Shown here one piece after another: positions 50,543-62,660 of a stretch of 64,000 nucleotides of DNA. Numbering within the stretch: position 1 is the first letter of the stretch; the number at the start of each line of letters is the position of its first letter. Under the pieces are notes generated by a model, which ran no database searches, was not told the origin of the DNA, and saw nothing but the letters and a program-made list of their open reading frames with translations. The translations under genes were made by a program, and so were the position numbers. Origin of the DNA: Cetorhinus maximus (Eukaryota); assembly GCF_964194155.1 (NCBI RefSeq), contig NC_135888.1:24614001-24678000 (forward strand), in the 5' to 3' direction.

Positions 50543-50734
50543 CCCAGGTCTGTGCAGTTGAATGGTGTGACTACATTGGCCCCGGTCTCTGTGCTGGACA
50601 TCAGACGCCCAGCTTCTTGCGCCTCCTTATCCGGATCCACCCGTGATCGGGGCATAATGTAGAGCTCCGTGGAGTGGTCAAACCTCCCTCGCACCCTCAC
50701 CCGTCGGAACTCCAGCTCCTTCAACTCCAGCTGA
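50543..50734 (-). CDS. SURF1: SURF1 exon 5
   Basis: [29 protein letters not shown]...[11 protein letters not shown]; 192 nt. Confidence 0.97.
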
Positions 50735-51004
50735 CTGGACAGAGAGGACACAAAGGTTACAGTTTGTGTTACCGTGTTAGACCCCCCTCTCCCTCCCACA
50801 ATACACAAACAGGACAGAGCCGAAGGGCCAAGCCTGCTGCCCTTCAAACATATTAGGTCATTACTCTCTCGACCTTGGTGTCCCAACCATCCAAACACAG
50901 ACCAGGAGACAGTGGAGAGGGACAAAGGTCAGTGCGACTCCTGGGATGAAGTGGTTTGTCTTATGAAGAAAGGTTGAGCAGGTTGGGCCTATACTCATTG
51001 GAGT

Positions 51005-52485
51005 TTGGATGGGCTCCCCCATCATTGAGGATGGGGATATTTCTGGACTCTCCTCCTCCAGTGAGTTGTTTAATTGTCCATCACCATTCATGACTGGATG
51101 TGGCAGGACTCCAGAGCTTAGATCTGAACCGTTGGTTTTAGGATCGCTTAGCTCTGTCTATCACTTACTGCTTTTGCTGTTTGGCACACAAATAGTCTTG
51201 TGTTATAGTTTCACCTGGTTGACACCTCATTTTTAGGTATGCCTGGTGCTGCTCCTGGCATGCCCTCCTGCACTCTTCATTGAACCAGGGCTGATCCCCT
51301 GGCTTGGTGACAATGGTAGAGTGGGGGATATGCCAGGCCATGAGGTTACAGATTGTGGTCAAGTACAATTCTGCTGCTGCCGATGGCCCACAGTGCCTCA
51401 TGGATGCCTAATTTTGAGTTGCTAGATCTGTTTAAAATTTATCCCATTTAGCACGGCAGTAGTGCCACACAATATGATGGAGGATATCCTCAATGTGAAG
51501 GCGGGACTTCGTCTCCACAAGGACTGTGCGGTGGTCTCTCCTACTGATACCGTCATGGACAGATGCATCTGTTACAGGCAGGTTGGTGAGGATGAGGTCA
51601 ATTATATTTTTCCCTCTTGTTGGTTCCCTCACCACCTCCTGCAGACCCAGTCTAGCAGCTATGTCCTTTCAGACTCAGCCAGCTCGGCATCTAATGGTGC
51701 TACCGAGCCACACTTGGTAATGGACATGCAAGTCCCCCACCCAGAGTGCATTCTGTGCCCTTGCCACCCTCAGTGCTTCCTCCAATTGGTGTTCAACATG
51801 GAGGAGCACTGACTCATCAGCTGAGCGAGGGCGGTATGTGGTAATCAACAGGAGGTTTCCTTGCCCATGTTTGACCTGATGCCATGAGGCTTCATGGGTC
51901 CGGAGTCAATGCTGAAGATGTCCAGGGCAACTCCCTCCTGACTGTATACCGCTGTGCCGTCACCTCTGTAAGGTATGATTCCGTGAGTGTGACTATGTCA
52001 GACAGTGTGACAGCTCTCCCTATTTTGGCACAAGCCCCCAGATGTGAGTCAGGAGGACTTTGCTGGGTTGACAGGGCTGAGATTTCCGTTGTCATTTCCG
52101 GTGCCTCGGTCAATGCTGGGTGGTCCGTCTGGTTTTGTTCCTTTCTGTAGACTCTGTCGTGGTTTAATACAACTGAGTGGCTTGCTCACCCATTTCAGAA
52201 GACAGTTAAGAGTCAACCACATTATTTTGAGTCAGGAGTCACATGTGGGCCAGACCAGGTGAGGACGACAGATTTCCTTCCCTAAAGGGCAATAGTGAAC
52301 CAGATGGGTTTTTACAACAATCATCAATGGTTTCATAGTCACTATTACCGAGACTAGCTTTTTATCTCCAGATTTATTAACTGAATTTAAATTCCAACAG
52401 ATTCAAACCCACGTTTCCACAGCGTTAGCTTGGGCCTCTGGATTACTAGTCCAGCGACAATACCACAACGCCATTGTCTCCCCCT
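51005..52485 (-). mobile_element. 5' half of a HER1-like LINE with tRNA-derived head
   Basis: Head GGGGAGACAATGGCGTTGTGG...GGTTTGAATC, SINE-like body, then DIVTLTESYL and EPTRGKNIIDLILTN endonuclease motifs. Confidence 0.85.
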
Positions 52486-52566
52486 AGGGCATACTCCTGC
52501 TCCTAATCCTTATGACTCTGGGGCACCAGAGGGCTCATGCAACTCCAGGGGGTCTGTGTTACTCAC

Positions 52567-52649
52567 TCTAGGGGAAGGGGCAGGGGGTCAGAGTGTGTTC
52601 TCTCCTTCAGTTCCTTGATAAGCTGCAGTTTCCATTTCCGACGTTGAAT
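52567..52649 (-). CDS. SURF1: SURF1 exon 4
   Basis: IQRRKWKLQLIKELKERTHSDPLPLPL; 83 nt. Confidence 0.96.
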
Positions 52650-52879
52650 CTGAAGAGAGAGAGAGAGAAATAATCAGACCCTTCCAACATCCTTCAGCCA
52701 TGCCCACACTCCCCTGCCCACCTGGCCCTCTCCAACATCAATCCCAGGGCTATCAGGGGTTTTGAAGTACTCAAGGTTTCTTGATTATTTTTGTCCATGT
52801 CAACATCAGTGCGAATATTGGGAGCACTGAACCCTGCACGGACCCTGCCCCCCCCAATCTCCACGCCCCTCAAGTTTAC

Positions 52880-53007
52880 CTGCCAGGTTCCGAGGCCAAA
52901 GGTGGCGACTGGGATTAGGAGCAGAGCCCACTTCAGGAGTGAATCTTCAGCACCTGCGGCAACCGCTGCCGTGGAGATGTACACCCCATTGTGTTTCACA
53001 ACAATCC
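52880..53007 (-). CDS. SURF1: SURF1 exon 3
   Basis: ...EDSLLKWALLLIPVATFGLGTWQ (first transmembrane segment). Confidence 0.96.
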
Positions 53008-53428
53008 CTGCAGCACAAACACAGACACAGCATCAACAACCCACCCGAGTAACTGCAGGAGCCGAGACTCCCCATCGCTATAACCTCCTCCAGACTTACA
53101 ACCCTCTGAAATCTCAGCGTTTCTTTAATTCTGGCCTCCTGCACATTCCAATTTTAATCACCACCATTGGCTGCTCTGCCTTCAGCTGCCTGGGCCCGAA
53201 TCTCTGGAATTCCCTCCCTAAACCTCTCTGCCTCTTGTAGAGGCTCCTTCAAACACACCTTCTGCTTACCTGCCCTAATATCACCTGACGTGCCGCAGTG
53301 TCAAGTTTTGTTTGAATTAGCCTTCTCTGTATCACCTTGGGATGTTTTCAATATGTTAAAGGTGCTACATAAATGCAAGATGTAAATACTCCGTAGCTGT
53401 GATTGCGGAGTGAGGGGGAGCTCCTTAC

Positions 53429-53504
53429 CTTTAAACTTTGCTCTGACACAGGGCGAGATCAGGTGAGTCCCAGTGACCACCTCTGTCGTGCAAACATTCA
53501 GTAC
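53429..53504 (-). CDS. SURF1: SURF1 exon 2 (VLNVCTTEVVTGTHLISPCVRAKFK)
   Basis: Strong acceptor TTTTCCCCTCTCTCAG, AAG|GTAAGG donor, phases 0/1 fit the neighbours; poorly conserved peptide. Confidence 0.78.
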
Positions 53505-53849
53505 CTGAGAGAGGGGAAAAAACCGGAAAGATTTAAAAGGGCTCAACACCAGGGTTTTCTGTGGGCCCCACCAATACCACTGCTGATGTCTCCCTTTCAC
53601 AGTGACTCCATGCTTAATTCGAGACACACATTTCAGAAGGACAGGATTCAGCCCATTCTGCAGTGCTGGCTCTTTGAAAAAGCTATGCAATTACATAACA
53701 AATCTGACCAGGCCAGAACATTAAATGCAGCAAGAATCCAAAAAATTGAGACATTCAGCCTGTCTGATAAATTTAATCTGAATTACAAGGGGCCCTAGTG
53801 GCAGAGTCTTATTCAGTGACAAATCTGTATTCATGAGTTCTATTTCCCA

Positions 53850-55525
53850 GTGCAAAAGATAAGGCCAAATCATTTGCAACCATCTTCAGCCAGAAGTGCC
53901 GAGTGGATGATCCATCTCAGCCTCCTATGGAAGGTCCCCAGCATCACAGATGCCAGTCTTCAACCAATTCGATTCACTCCACATGATATCAAGAAACGGC
54001 TGAAGGCACTGGATACTGCAAAGGCTATGGGGCCTGACAATATCCCGGCCGTAGTACTGAAGACTTGTGCTCCAGAACTTACCGCGCCCCTAGCCAAGCT
54101 GTTCCAGTACAGCTATAACACTGGCATCTACCCGGCTATGTGGAAAATTGCCCAGGTGTGTCCTGTACACAAAAAGGACAAACCCAACTCGGCCAATTCC
54201 TGTCCCATCAGTTTACTCTTGATCATCAGTAAAGTGTTGGAAGGGGTCATCAACAGTGGTATCAAGCGGTATTTACTCAGCAATAACCTGATCACTGACG
54301 TGCAGTTTGGGTTCCGCCAGGGTCACTCAGCTCCTGACCTGATTACTGCCTTGGTTCAAACATGGACAATAGAGCTGAACTCCAGAGGTGAGGCAAGAGT
54401 GACTGTCCTTGACATCAAGGCAGCATTTGACCGAGTGTGGCATCAAGGAGCCTTAGCAAAACTGGAGTCAATGAGAATCAGGGGAAACCTCTCCATTGGT
54501 TGGAGTCATACCTAGCACAAAGGAAGATGGTTGTGGTCATTGGAGGTCAATCACCTCAGTTGCAGGACATCACTGCAGAAGTTCCTCAGGGTAGTGTCCT
54601 TGGTCCAACCATCTTCAGCTGCTTCATCAATGACCTTCCTTACATCATAAATTCAGAAGTGGGGATGTTCGCTGATGATTGCACAATGTTCAGTACCATT
54701 CGCGACTCCTCAGATACTGAAGCCGTCCATGTCCAAATGCAACAAGACCTGGACAATATCCAGGCTTGGGCTGACAAGTGGCAAGTAACATTTGCGTCAT
54801 ACAAGTCCCAGGCAATGACCATCTCCAACAAGATAAAATTAAACCGGCTCCCCAATCCCCCACAATCAACATCCTGGGGGTTGCCATTGACCAGAAGCTG
54901 AACTGGACTAGCCATATAAATACTGTGGCTACAAGAGCAGGTCAGAGGTTAGGAATAGTACAACGAGAACCCACCTGACTCCCCAAAGTCTGTCCACCAT
55001 CTACAAAGCACAAGTCAGGAGTGTGATGGGATACTCCCCATTTGCCTGGATGAGTGCAGCTCCCACAACACTCAAGGAGTTCGACATCATCCAGGATAAA
55101 GCAGCCCCGCTTGATCGGCACCACATCCACAAACATTCACTCCCTCCACCACCGACACACAGTAGCAGCAGTGTGTACCATCTACAAGATGCACTGCAGC
55201 AACTCACCAAGGCTCCTTAGACAGCACCTTCCAAACCCACAACTGCCTCCATCTGGACGTACATGGGCAGCAGACAGATGGGAACACCACCACCTGGAAA
55301 TTCCCCTCCAAGCCACTCACCATCCTGACTTGGAAATATATCATCGTTCCTTCACTGTCACTGGGTCAAAATCCTGGAACTCCCTCCCTAACAGCACTGT
55401 GGGTGTACCTACACCACATGGACTGCAGCGGTTCAAGAAGGCAGCTCACCACCACCTTCTCAAGGGCAAATAGGGATGGGCAATAAATGCTGGCCTAGCC
55501 AGTGAAGCCCATGCCTACTGAATGA
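53850..55525 (+). mobile_element. HER1-like LINE RT and 3' end in SURF1 intron 1
   Basis: GPDNIP, QFGFR, LDIKAAFDRV, VPQGSVLGP and FADD motifs. Confidence 0.92.
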
Positions 55526-55636
55526 AGGCAGGAAGTGTTACTGTGCTTCCCTGAGACAGTCCGTCGCCGTGGATTGTTCCTGATCCCTGCCTTCTGCACA
55601 GTGTGTGTGCACTGTCAGCGGAGCAGACCCCCCACC

Positions 55637-55988
55637 GGGGGGGGGGGAGAGAGACACCGGGTGGGGGGAGAGACGGGGGAGGGGTGGGGGGAGAGACGGG
55701 GGAGGGGTTGGGGGGGGGAGAGACACGGGGGAGAGACGGTGGGGGGGGACACCGCGGGGGTGGTGGGGGAGACACGGAGGAGGGGTGGGGGGAGAGACGG
55801 GAGGGGGTGGGGGGAGACACGGGGGAGGGGTTGGGGGGGGGAGACACGGGGGGGTGGGGGGGAGACACGGGGGAGGGGTTGGGGGGGGGAGACACGGGGG
55901 AGGGGTGGGGGGAGAGACGGGGGAGGGGTGGGGGGAGAGACGGGAGGGGGTGGGGGGAGACACGGGGGAGGGGTTGGGGGGGGGAGAC
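55637..55988 (+). repeat. G-rich tandem repeat (GGGGGAGASACGGGGGAGGGGTG-like), G-quadruplex prone
   Basis: Dense G runs directly abutting the SURF1 intron 1 donor. Confidence 0.9.
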
Positions 55989-55992
55989 TCAC

Positions 55993-56019
55993 CCGCCGGC
56001 CGACAAGTCGCAGCATCAT
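55993..56019 (-). CDS. SURF1: SURF1 exon 1 (MMLRLVGRR)
   Basis: ATG in a CpG island, CGG|GTGAGT donor in phase 0; the 9 exons total 891 nt (296 aa). Confidence 0.8.
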
Positions 56020-56175
56020 CACCCGGAACCGGAATCTCGGCTACAGTTCCGGGTCACGTCACCCGGGCCGCCGCACTAGAAAGGTGCCATATTGTTTAAA
56101 CATCCGGGGCCTGGTCTCTGGGGGCGGGGTCTGGTCTCCAGGGGGCGGGGCGGGGCGCGGGCTTTGCCTGCCCGG
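56020..56175 (-). promoter_or_regulatory. SURF1: SURF1 CpG-island promoter
   Basis: Tandem CCGGAA ETS cores, GTCACGTCAC E-box/CRE-like site, GCCAT, several GGGGCGGGG boxes; no TATA. Confidence 0.7.
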
Positions 56176-56224
56176 CTTCAGTTGTCTCTGTACTGATTGT
56201 TCCTGCAGGATGTGCAGCTGAACC

Positions 56225-56718
56225 AATGCCGGGAACTGTCAACACTTTCATTCTCCAGCAAGAATGCAGTTTGCTACCGCGCAAAGCCCAAGACAAAACA
56301 TCTACTGCTGGATCCGATTCTGCAATTGGGCAGCACTTGCTGGAAAATCCTGAGTGCACTAATAACTACACTAACAACCACTTTAAGATCATCAGTCAAA
56401 CTCCTAACGTAGCTCATTTATGCTTGCTAGAAGCAACATATTGTATATTCATGTGCAGGGCCCCGTTCTCTGCGAACAAAAGAAATATGTCCAAGCCTTG
56501 TGGCTATTTTGAATTACCCGGGAACTTCAGGAGCCTATAGTTCCCCATTGCTTTCTCCATGGCAGTGCCTTGGCCAATCAGAATTGACTTGTTAATCAAT
56601 CTGTACCCTTTTCTCCTGTAGTATAAATTGTTGCCATCATTTGGAATTTGACATTCTTGTTTCTCCCGATGAGTGCAAGACAAAAAGCTTCAGCAACATG
56701 TCTCTCTTTTCAGTCATA
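56225..56718 (+). mobile_element. 3' fragment of a second PLE family
   Basis: SAIGQHLLENPEC...LEATY GIY-YIG C-terminus; decayed hammerhead-like CCGATGAGTGCAAGACAAAAAGCTTC near 56666. Confidence 0.65.
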
Positions 56719-56732
56719 TTCAAGAAAGTTAA

Positions 56733-57512
56733 AAGCAAAATGCTGTGGATGCTGGAAATTTGAAGCAAAATCAGAAAATCCTGGAAAAACTCAGCAGGTC
56801 TGACAGCATCTGTGGAGAAAAAAAAACAATGTTAATGTTTCGAGTCCTTATGACCCTTCTTCAGAGCTGAAGAGAAGTGGAAATGTGATTAAATTTATAC
56901 TGTTTAAGGGGGGTGGGGCAGACGGAGCTGGATAAAAGATCAGTGACAGGTGGGGACAAAGGAGGGATTGACAAAAATGTCATGAACAAGGGGACAAAGG
57001 GATTGTTAATGGTTGTGCTAAAAAAGGTACTCATAGCGGCATAAAGGTAAGAAAGAAATGTGTTTTATTTTTATTCATTTATCCGTAGTTTTATCCCATC
57101 TTCTATCCTTTTTTCCCCCCCACCACCCCAACCCCTACAGGACCATCTGTCACTTGTTCCATGTTGCTCGTTCACACAATGCTAAACTTGTTCTGCTATA
57201 ATCACATTCTGCTTTCTTATCTTTACGCCACTATTAGCACCTTTTTTAAGCACTAACCACAACCATTAACAATCCCTTTGTCCCCTTGTTCATGACATCT
57301 TTGTCAATCCCTCCTTTGTGCCCACCTACTGCTGGCCTTCTATTCAGCTCCACCTGCCCCACCCCCCCTTAAACAGTATAAATTTAATCACATTTCCATT
57401 TCTCTTCAGCTCTGAAGAAGGGTCATATGGACTCGAAACGTTAACTTTGTTTTTTTCTCTCTCCACAGATGCTGTCAGACCTTCTGATTTTTTCCAGCAT
57501 TTTCTGTTTTTG
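56733..57512. mobile_element. Non-coding fold-back PLE derivative with two opposed hammerheads
   Basis: Inverted arms about 56768-57025 / 57240-57510; 14-bp TSD TTCAAGAAAGTTAA. Confidence 0.9.
57408..57446 (+). ncRNA. Minimal hammerhead motif (inverted partner at 56831-56868, -)
   Basis: CUGAAGA-A-GGGUC-AUAUG-GACUC-GAAACGUU with palindromic helix III. Confidence 0.7.
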
Positions 57513-57794
57513 TTCAAGAAAGTTAAGCCTTGTCATTTCAGTCCAAGTACTCATCTAACAATATGATAACCATTAATTACTATCAAACAATCTCTTTGGC
57601 ACTGTCAATTAACTGTTACAAGTGTGGAATCTCATTCCTCCAGATATTGATTGTTGTGATATTAAAAAAATAGAAATTAAAATGATTTTACTTTGTGTTC
57701 TCTTTTTTCTCTCTCAATCCAATATTTCTTTCCATCTTTCTATTTCTATATGTGGACCTTACTTGAAATTGAACTCCTCAATTCCAATTTACAC

Positions 57795-58290
57795 TTAGAA
57801 TGGTGAGAGCACAGGAGGCCATTCAGACTATCATGTCTGTGCTGGCTCTCTGAAGGTGCAAATCATCTAGTGCCATTCCCCTGACTTTTCCCCATAGCCC
57901 TGCAAATTTTTTCCTTTTCAGATAATGATTCACTTCCCTTTTGAAAGCCTGAATTGAACCTGCCTCCACCATACTCTCAGGCAGTGCATTCCGGACTAAT
58001 TGGCCAGCCAGTGTGAAATCGTGGTTAGGGGCTGATTGTGGTCGGGGGTCCATTTCCCGGCTGCTTCCAGACCCACTAAACTAAAAATCTTGCCCCAGGC
58101 TGCTTGTGTCCCTTTTATTCCATGAGCTATAACTTTGTTCAAAAGTCGGTTGTGAGGCACTTTATCAAATGCCTTTTGGAAGTCCATGTACACCACATCA
58201 ACAGCAATACCCACATCAACCCTGTTACCTCATCAAAAAATTCAAGCAAGTTTCTTAAACACAATTTGCCCGAACTAATCTGAGCTGTTT
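57795..58290 (-). mobile_element. CR1 fragments
   Basis: [14 protein letters not shown] peptide and 3' tail. Confidence 0.8.
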
Positions 58291-58307
58291 TTCCTTAATT
58301 AACCTTA

Positions 58308-61085
58308 AGGGGAGGCGATGGTGTAGCGATATTATCGCTAGTGTGGCGATATTATCGCTAGACTAGTAATCCAAAGACTGAGGTTAATGCTCTGGGGACC
58401 CGGGTTCGAATCCTGCCATGGCTGATGGTGGAATTTAAATTGAATAAAAATCTGAAATTAAAAGTCTGATGATGATGGTTCACTACTGCCCCTTTAGGGG
58501 GCCTGGCCTACATGTCACTCCGGACCCCCCATGGCAATGTGGTTGACTCTTAAATGGCCTCATATGTAACAAACTGCTTCCTGAAGCTGGACAGACCACC
58601 TGGCATCGACCTAGGGACTGGATCTCAGTGAATCAGTGCTCCTCCACTTGAACACCACTTGGAGGGAGCACTGAGGGTGGCAAAGGTGCAGAATGGATTC
58701 TGGGTGACTTCAATGTCCATCACCAAGAGTGGCTCGGTAGCAGGCCCAGCCCTAAAGGGCATAGCAGTTAGACTGGGTCTGCGGCAGGTGGTGATGGAAA
58801 AACATGCTTGACCTCGTCCTCACCAACCTGACTGCCGCAGATGCATCTGTCCGTGACAGTATCAATGGAATGACCTCTGTACAGTCATTGTGGAGATGAA
58901 GTATCACCTTCACACTGAGGGTACACTCCATCGTGTTGTGTGGCACTACCATCGTGCTAAATGGGATAGATTTCAAACAGATCTAGCAACTCAAGACTTG
59001 GTACCCGTGAGGCAATTGGCAGCAGCATTATACTCGAACACAATCTGTAACCTCATGGCTTGGCACATCCCCCATAACCATCAAGCCAGGGAATCCACCC
59101 TAGTCCAATGAAGATTGTAGGAGGGGATGCCAGGAGCAGCACCAGGCATACCTAAAAATGAGGTATCAACCTGGTGAAGCTATAACACAGGGCTACTTGT
59201 GTGCCAACCAGTATAAGCAGCAAGTGATAGACAGAGCTAAGCGATCCCACAACCAACAGATCAGATCTAAGCTCTGCAGTCCTGCCACATCCAGTCGTGA
59301 ATGGTGGTGGACAATTAAACGACTCATGAGGAGGAGGCTCCACAAATATTGGCATCCTCAATGATGGAGGAGCCCAGCAGAGCAGTGCAAAAGATAAGAC
59401 TAGAGCAGTTGCTACAATCTCCAGCCAGAAGTGCTGAGTGGATGATCCATCTCGCCCTCCTCAGGAGGTCCCCAGCATCACAGATGCCAGTCTTCAACCA
59501 ATTCGATTCACTCCACGTGATATCAAGAAACAGCTGAAGGCACTGGAAAGTGCAAAGGCCAAGGGGCCTGACAATATTCTGGCAATAGTACTGAAGACTT
59601 GTGCCCCAGAACTTGTCGCGCCCCTAGCCAAGCTGTTCCAATACAGCTACAACACTGGCATCTACCCGGCTATGTGGAAAATTGCCCAGGTATGTCCTGT
59701 ACACAAAAAGCAGGACGAATCCAACCCAGCCAATTACCACCCCATCAATCTACTTTCCATCATCTGTAAAGTGATGGGAGGGGTCATCAACAGTGCTATC
59801 AAGCACCACTTGCTTCACAATAACCTACTCACTGAGGCCCAGTTTGGGTTCTGCCAGGGCCATTCAGCTCCTGACCTCATTACAGCCTTGGTTCAAATAT
59901 GGACAAAAGAGCTGAGCTCCCGAGGTGAGGTGAGAGTGACTGCCCTTGACATCAAGGCCGCATTTGACCAAGTGTGGCATCAAGGAACCCTAGCAAAACT
60001 GGAGTCAACAGGAATCGGGGGAAAACTCTCTATTGGTTGGAGTCATACTTAGCACAAAGAAAGATGGTGGTGGTTGTTGGAGGTCAGTCATCTCAGCTCC
60101 AGGATATCACCGCACGAGTTCCTCAGGGTAGTGTCCTTGGCCCAACCACCTTCAGCTGCTTCATCAATGACCTGCCTTCTATCATAAGGTCAGAAGTGGG
60201 GATGTTCGCTGATGATTGTACAATGTTCAGCACCATTCGCGACTCCTCAGATACTGAAGCAGTCTATGTCCAAATGCAGCAAATGGACAACATCCAGGCT
60301 TGGGCTGACAAGTGGCAAGTAACATTCGCGCCACACAAGTGTCAGGCAATTACCATCTCCAGCAAGAGAGAATCCAACCATCTCCCCTTGATGTTCAATG
60401 GCATTACCAACACTGAATCCCCCACTATCAACATCCTGGGAGTTACCATTGACCAGAAACTGAACTGGACCAGCTTTATAAATACTGTGGCTACAAGAGC
60501 AGGTCAGGGGCTTGGAATCGTGCGACGAGTAACCCACCTCCTGACTCCCCAAAGTCTGTCCACCATCTACAAGGCACAAGTCAGGAGTGTGATGGAATAC
60601 TGCCCACTTGCCTGGATGAGTGCAGCTCCAACAACTCAAGAAGCTTGACACTGTCCAGGACAAAGCAGCCCACTTGATTGGCACCACATCCACAAACATT
60701 CAATCTCTCCACCACCGAAGCACAGTAGCAGCAGTGTGTACCATCTACAAGTTGCACAAGACTCCTTAGGTAGCAACTTCCAAACCCACAACCACTACCA
60801 TCTAGAAGGACAAGGGCAGCAGATAGACGGCAACACCACCACCTGGAAGTTCCCCTCCAAGTTACTCACCATCCTGACTTGGAAATATATCACCGTTCCT
60901 TCACTGTCGCTGGGTCAAAATCCTGGAACTCCCTTCCTAACAGCACTGTGGGTGTACCTACACCACATGGGCTCCAGCAGTTCAAGAAGGCAGCTCACCA
61001 CCACCTTCTCAAGGGCAACTAGGGATGGGCAATAAATGCTGGCCCAGCCTGTGGCGCCCACATCTCATGAATGAATTTTTAAAAG
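58308..61085 (+). mobile_element. Near full-length HER1-like LINE with tRNA-derived head and internal deletions
   Basis: A box-like TGGTGTAGCG, B box GGTTCGAATCC, GDFN endonuclease motif, RT ORFs 59438-60648, 3' tail. Confidence 0.9.
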
Positions 61086-61089
61086 AACC

Positions 61090-61660
61090 TGCATTTGCCC
61101 AAGTGACCATTAATTTTGTCCCAAATTATCATTTCTCCAAGGTTAAACTCACTGGTCTATAGTTCCTGGGTTATCTTTACATCCTTTTTTCACAAGGGTA
61201 GTATTTGCAATTATCCAGTTCTCTAGCACTGCCCCTGAGGCTAAGGAATATTGGAATATTATGGCCAGTGCCTCTGCAATTTCCACTCTCACTTCCTTCA
61301 GTATCCTTGGATGCATCTCATCTGTTCCTGGTTCCTTATCAACTTTTAAGTACAGACAGCCAATCCTTATCAATTCTAAACCCTTGAAATGTCTGAACTA
61401 TCTCCTCATTCACCACGACCTGGGCAGCACCTTCTTCCTTGGTAAAGACAGATGGAAAGTATTTATTTAATACCTCAGCCATACATTCTGCCTCCATGTG
61501 TAAATCCCCCTTTTGGTCCCTAATCAACCCCACCTCTCCTTTTACTATTTGTATGCCTATCAAAGACTTCTGGATTCCCTTTTATGTTAGCTGCCAGTCT
61601 CTTCACATACTCTCTCTTTGCTTACCTTATTTGCTTTTTCAATTCCCCTCTGAACCTTCT
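61090..61660 (-). mobile_element. CR1 fragment
   Basis: PGTDEMHPRILKE and AEVLNKYFPSVFT peptides. Confidence 0.8.
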
Positions 61661-62099
61661 ACCTTACAACCTCCAGAGCAAAATATAATTGGTATTAAAA
61701 AGACAAAGACAAGTCTACTAATGACAGGCACTGTTTGTTGGCCTGTCACAGGACATTTTGAGCCTGTACATCTACATTGCATTATTCACAATAATGTGCA
61801 CAATATTTTCAAGCAACATATTTATTTGGCCATGTTCTATTCACGTTCTTACAAAGAATCATGAGATGAAAAAGCTTAGAAGTACTACATGAGACAAGCA
61901 GTTTCAGAAGCACCAGCATTGATTGCCTGCCATGATAAATCAGCTTCTTTCCTCCTTGTTAAACCTAAAATGCAAGGCACACACAACACATGTAAAACTA
62001 TTTCTAAAACATCTTTTAATTTAATGAACTTTCCCCACGGTGCTTCCTTCCAGGGACCGACACTCACTGCTGATTTTCTTTTTTTAATCAAAATGGTGC

Positions 62100-62236
62100 T
62101 CACAGCGTCACTTGGGGCCAATTTCTCTGACATTCATCAGGAGAGATGTTGCTGTGCACATTTCTAGCATCCTTTCCTGGTTTGCCTAGCTGGGGATATT
62201 GATAATTAGAATTAGCTTTATTTCCTTTCTCTAGAC
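62100..62236 (-). CDS. Candidate terminal exon of an unidentified gene
   Basis: CCCCCCACCCCAG acceptor, 45-codon open frame ending NWPQVTL*, AATAAA at 61826-61821; no recognised homology. Confidence 0.3.
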
Positions 62237-62274
62237 CTGGGGTGGGGGGTGGTACAGTACTTAAAGTTCACAAT

Positions 62275-62660
62275 GCTTATGGTTTACAGTGCTTCGGGGC
62301 TCTATTGTTTAGTGTTTGGGGGTTCTAGTGTTAGGGGTTTACAGTATTTGTGGTTCAATGTTTCGGGTTCCTAATGTTTGGGGTTCAGTGGTTGGGGTTT
62401 GTAGTGTTTGAGGTTCAGTAGTTGGAGTTTATAGTGTTTGGGGGTCAGTGTTTGGATTCCAGTGGTTGGGGTTTATAGTGTTTAGATTTCAGTAGTTGGA
62501 GTTTATAGTGTTTGGGGGTCAGTGTTTGGGTTCCAGTGGTTGGGGTTTATAGTGTTTGGGGTTCAGTGGTGGGGTTTACAGTGTTTTGGGGTTTACAGTG
62601 TTTGGGGCTCAGAGTTTAGGGTTTATGGTGTTTAGGGTTCAGTGTTTGGGATTTAGTGTT
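62275..62660. repeat. Degenerate GT-rich repeat (GGGGTTTATAGTGTTT / GGGGTTCAGTG)
   Basis: Alternating 13-16 bp units. Confidence 0.88.

Noticed and set aside
55515-56221. Pro-rich and Gly-rich ORFs
   Set aside because: Artefacts of the G-rich repeat; only MMLRLVGRR before the donor is taken as coding.
58308-58425. tRNA gene (A/B boxes), also at 23530-23690 and 48030-48128
   Set aside because: No complete cloverleaf; these are heads of SINE/LINE repeats.
62275-62660. Interstitial telomere
   Set aside because: Units are GGGGTTT/AGTGTTT-based, not tandem TTAGGG.
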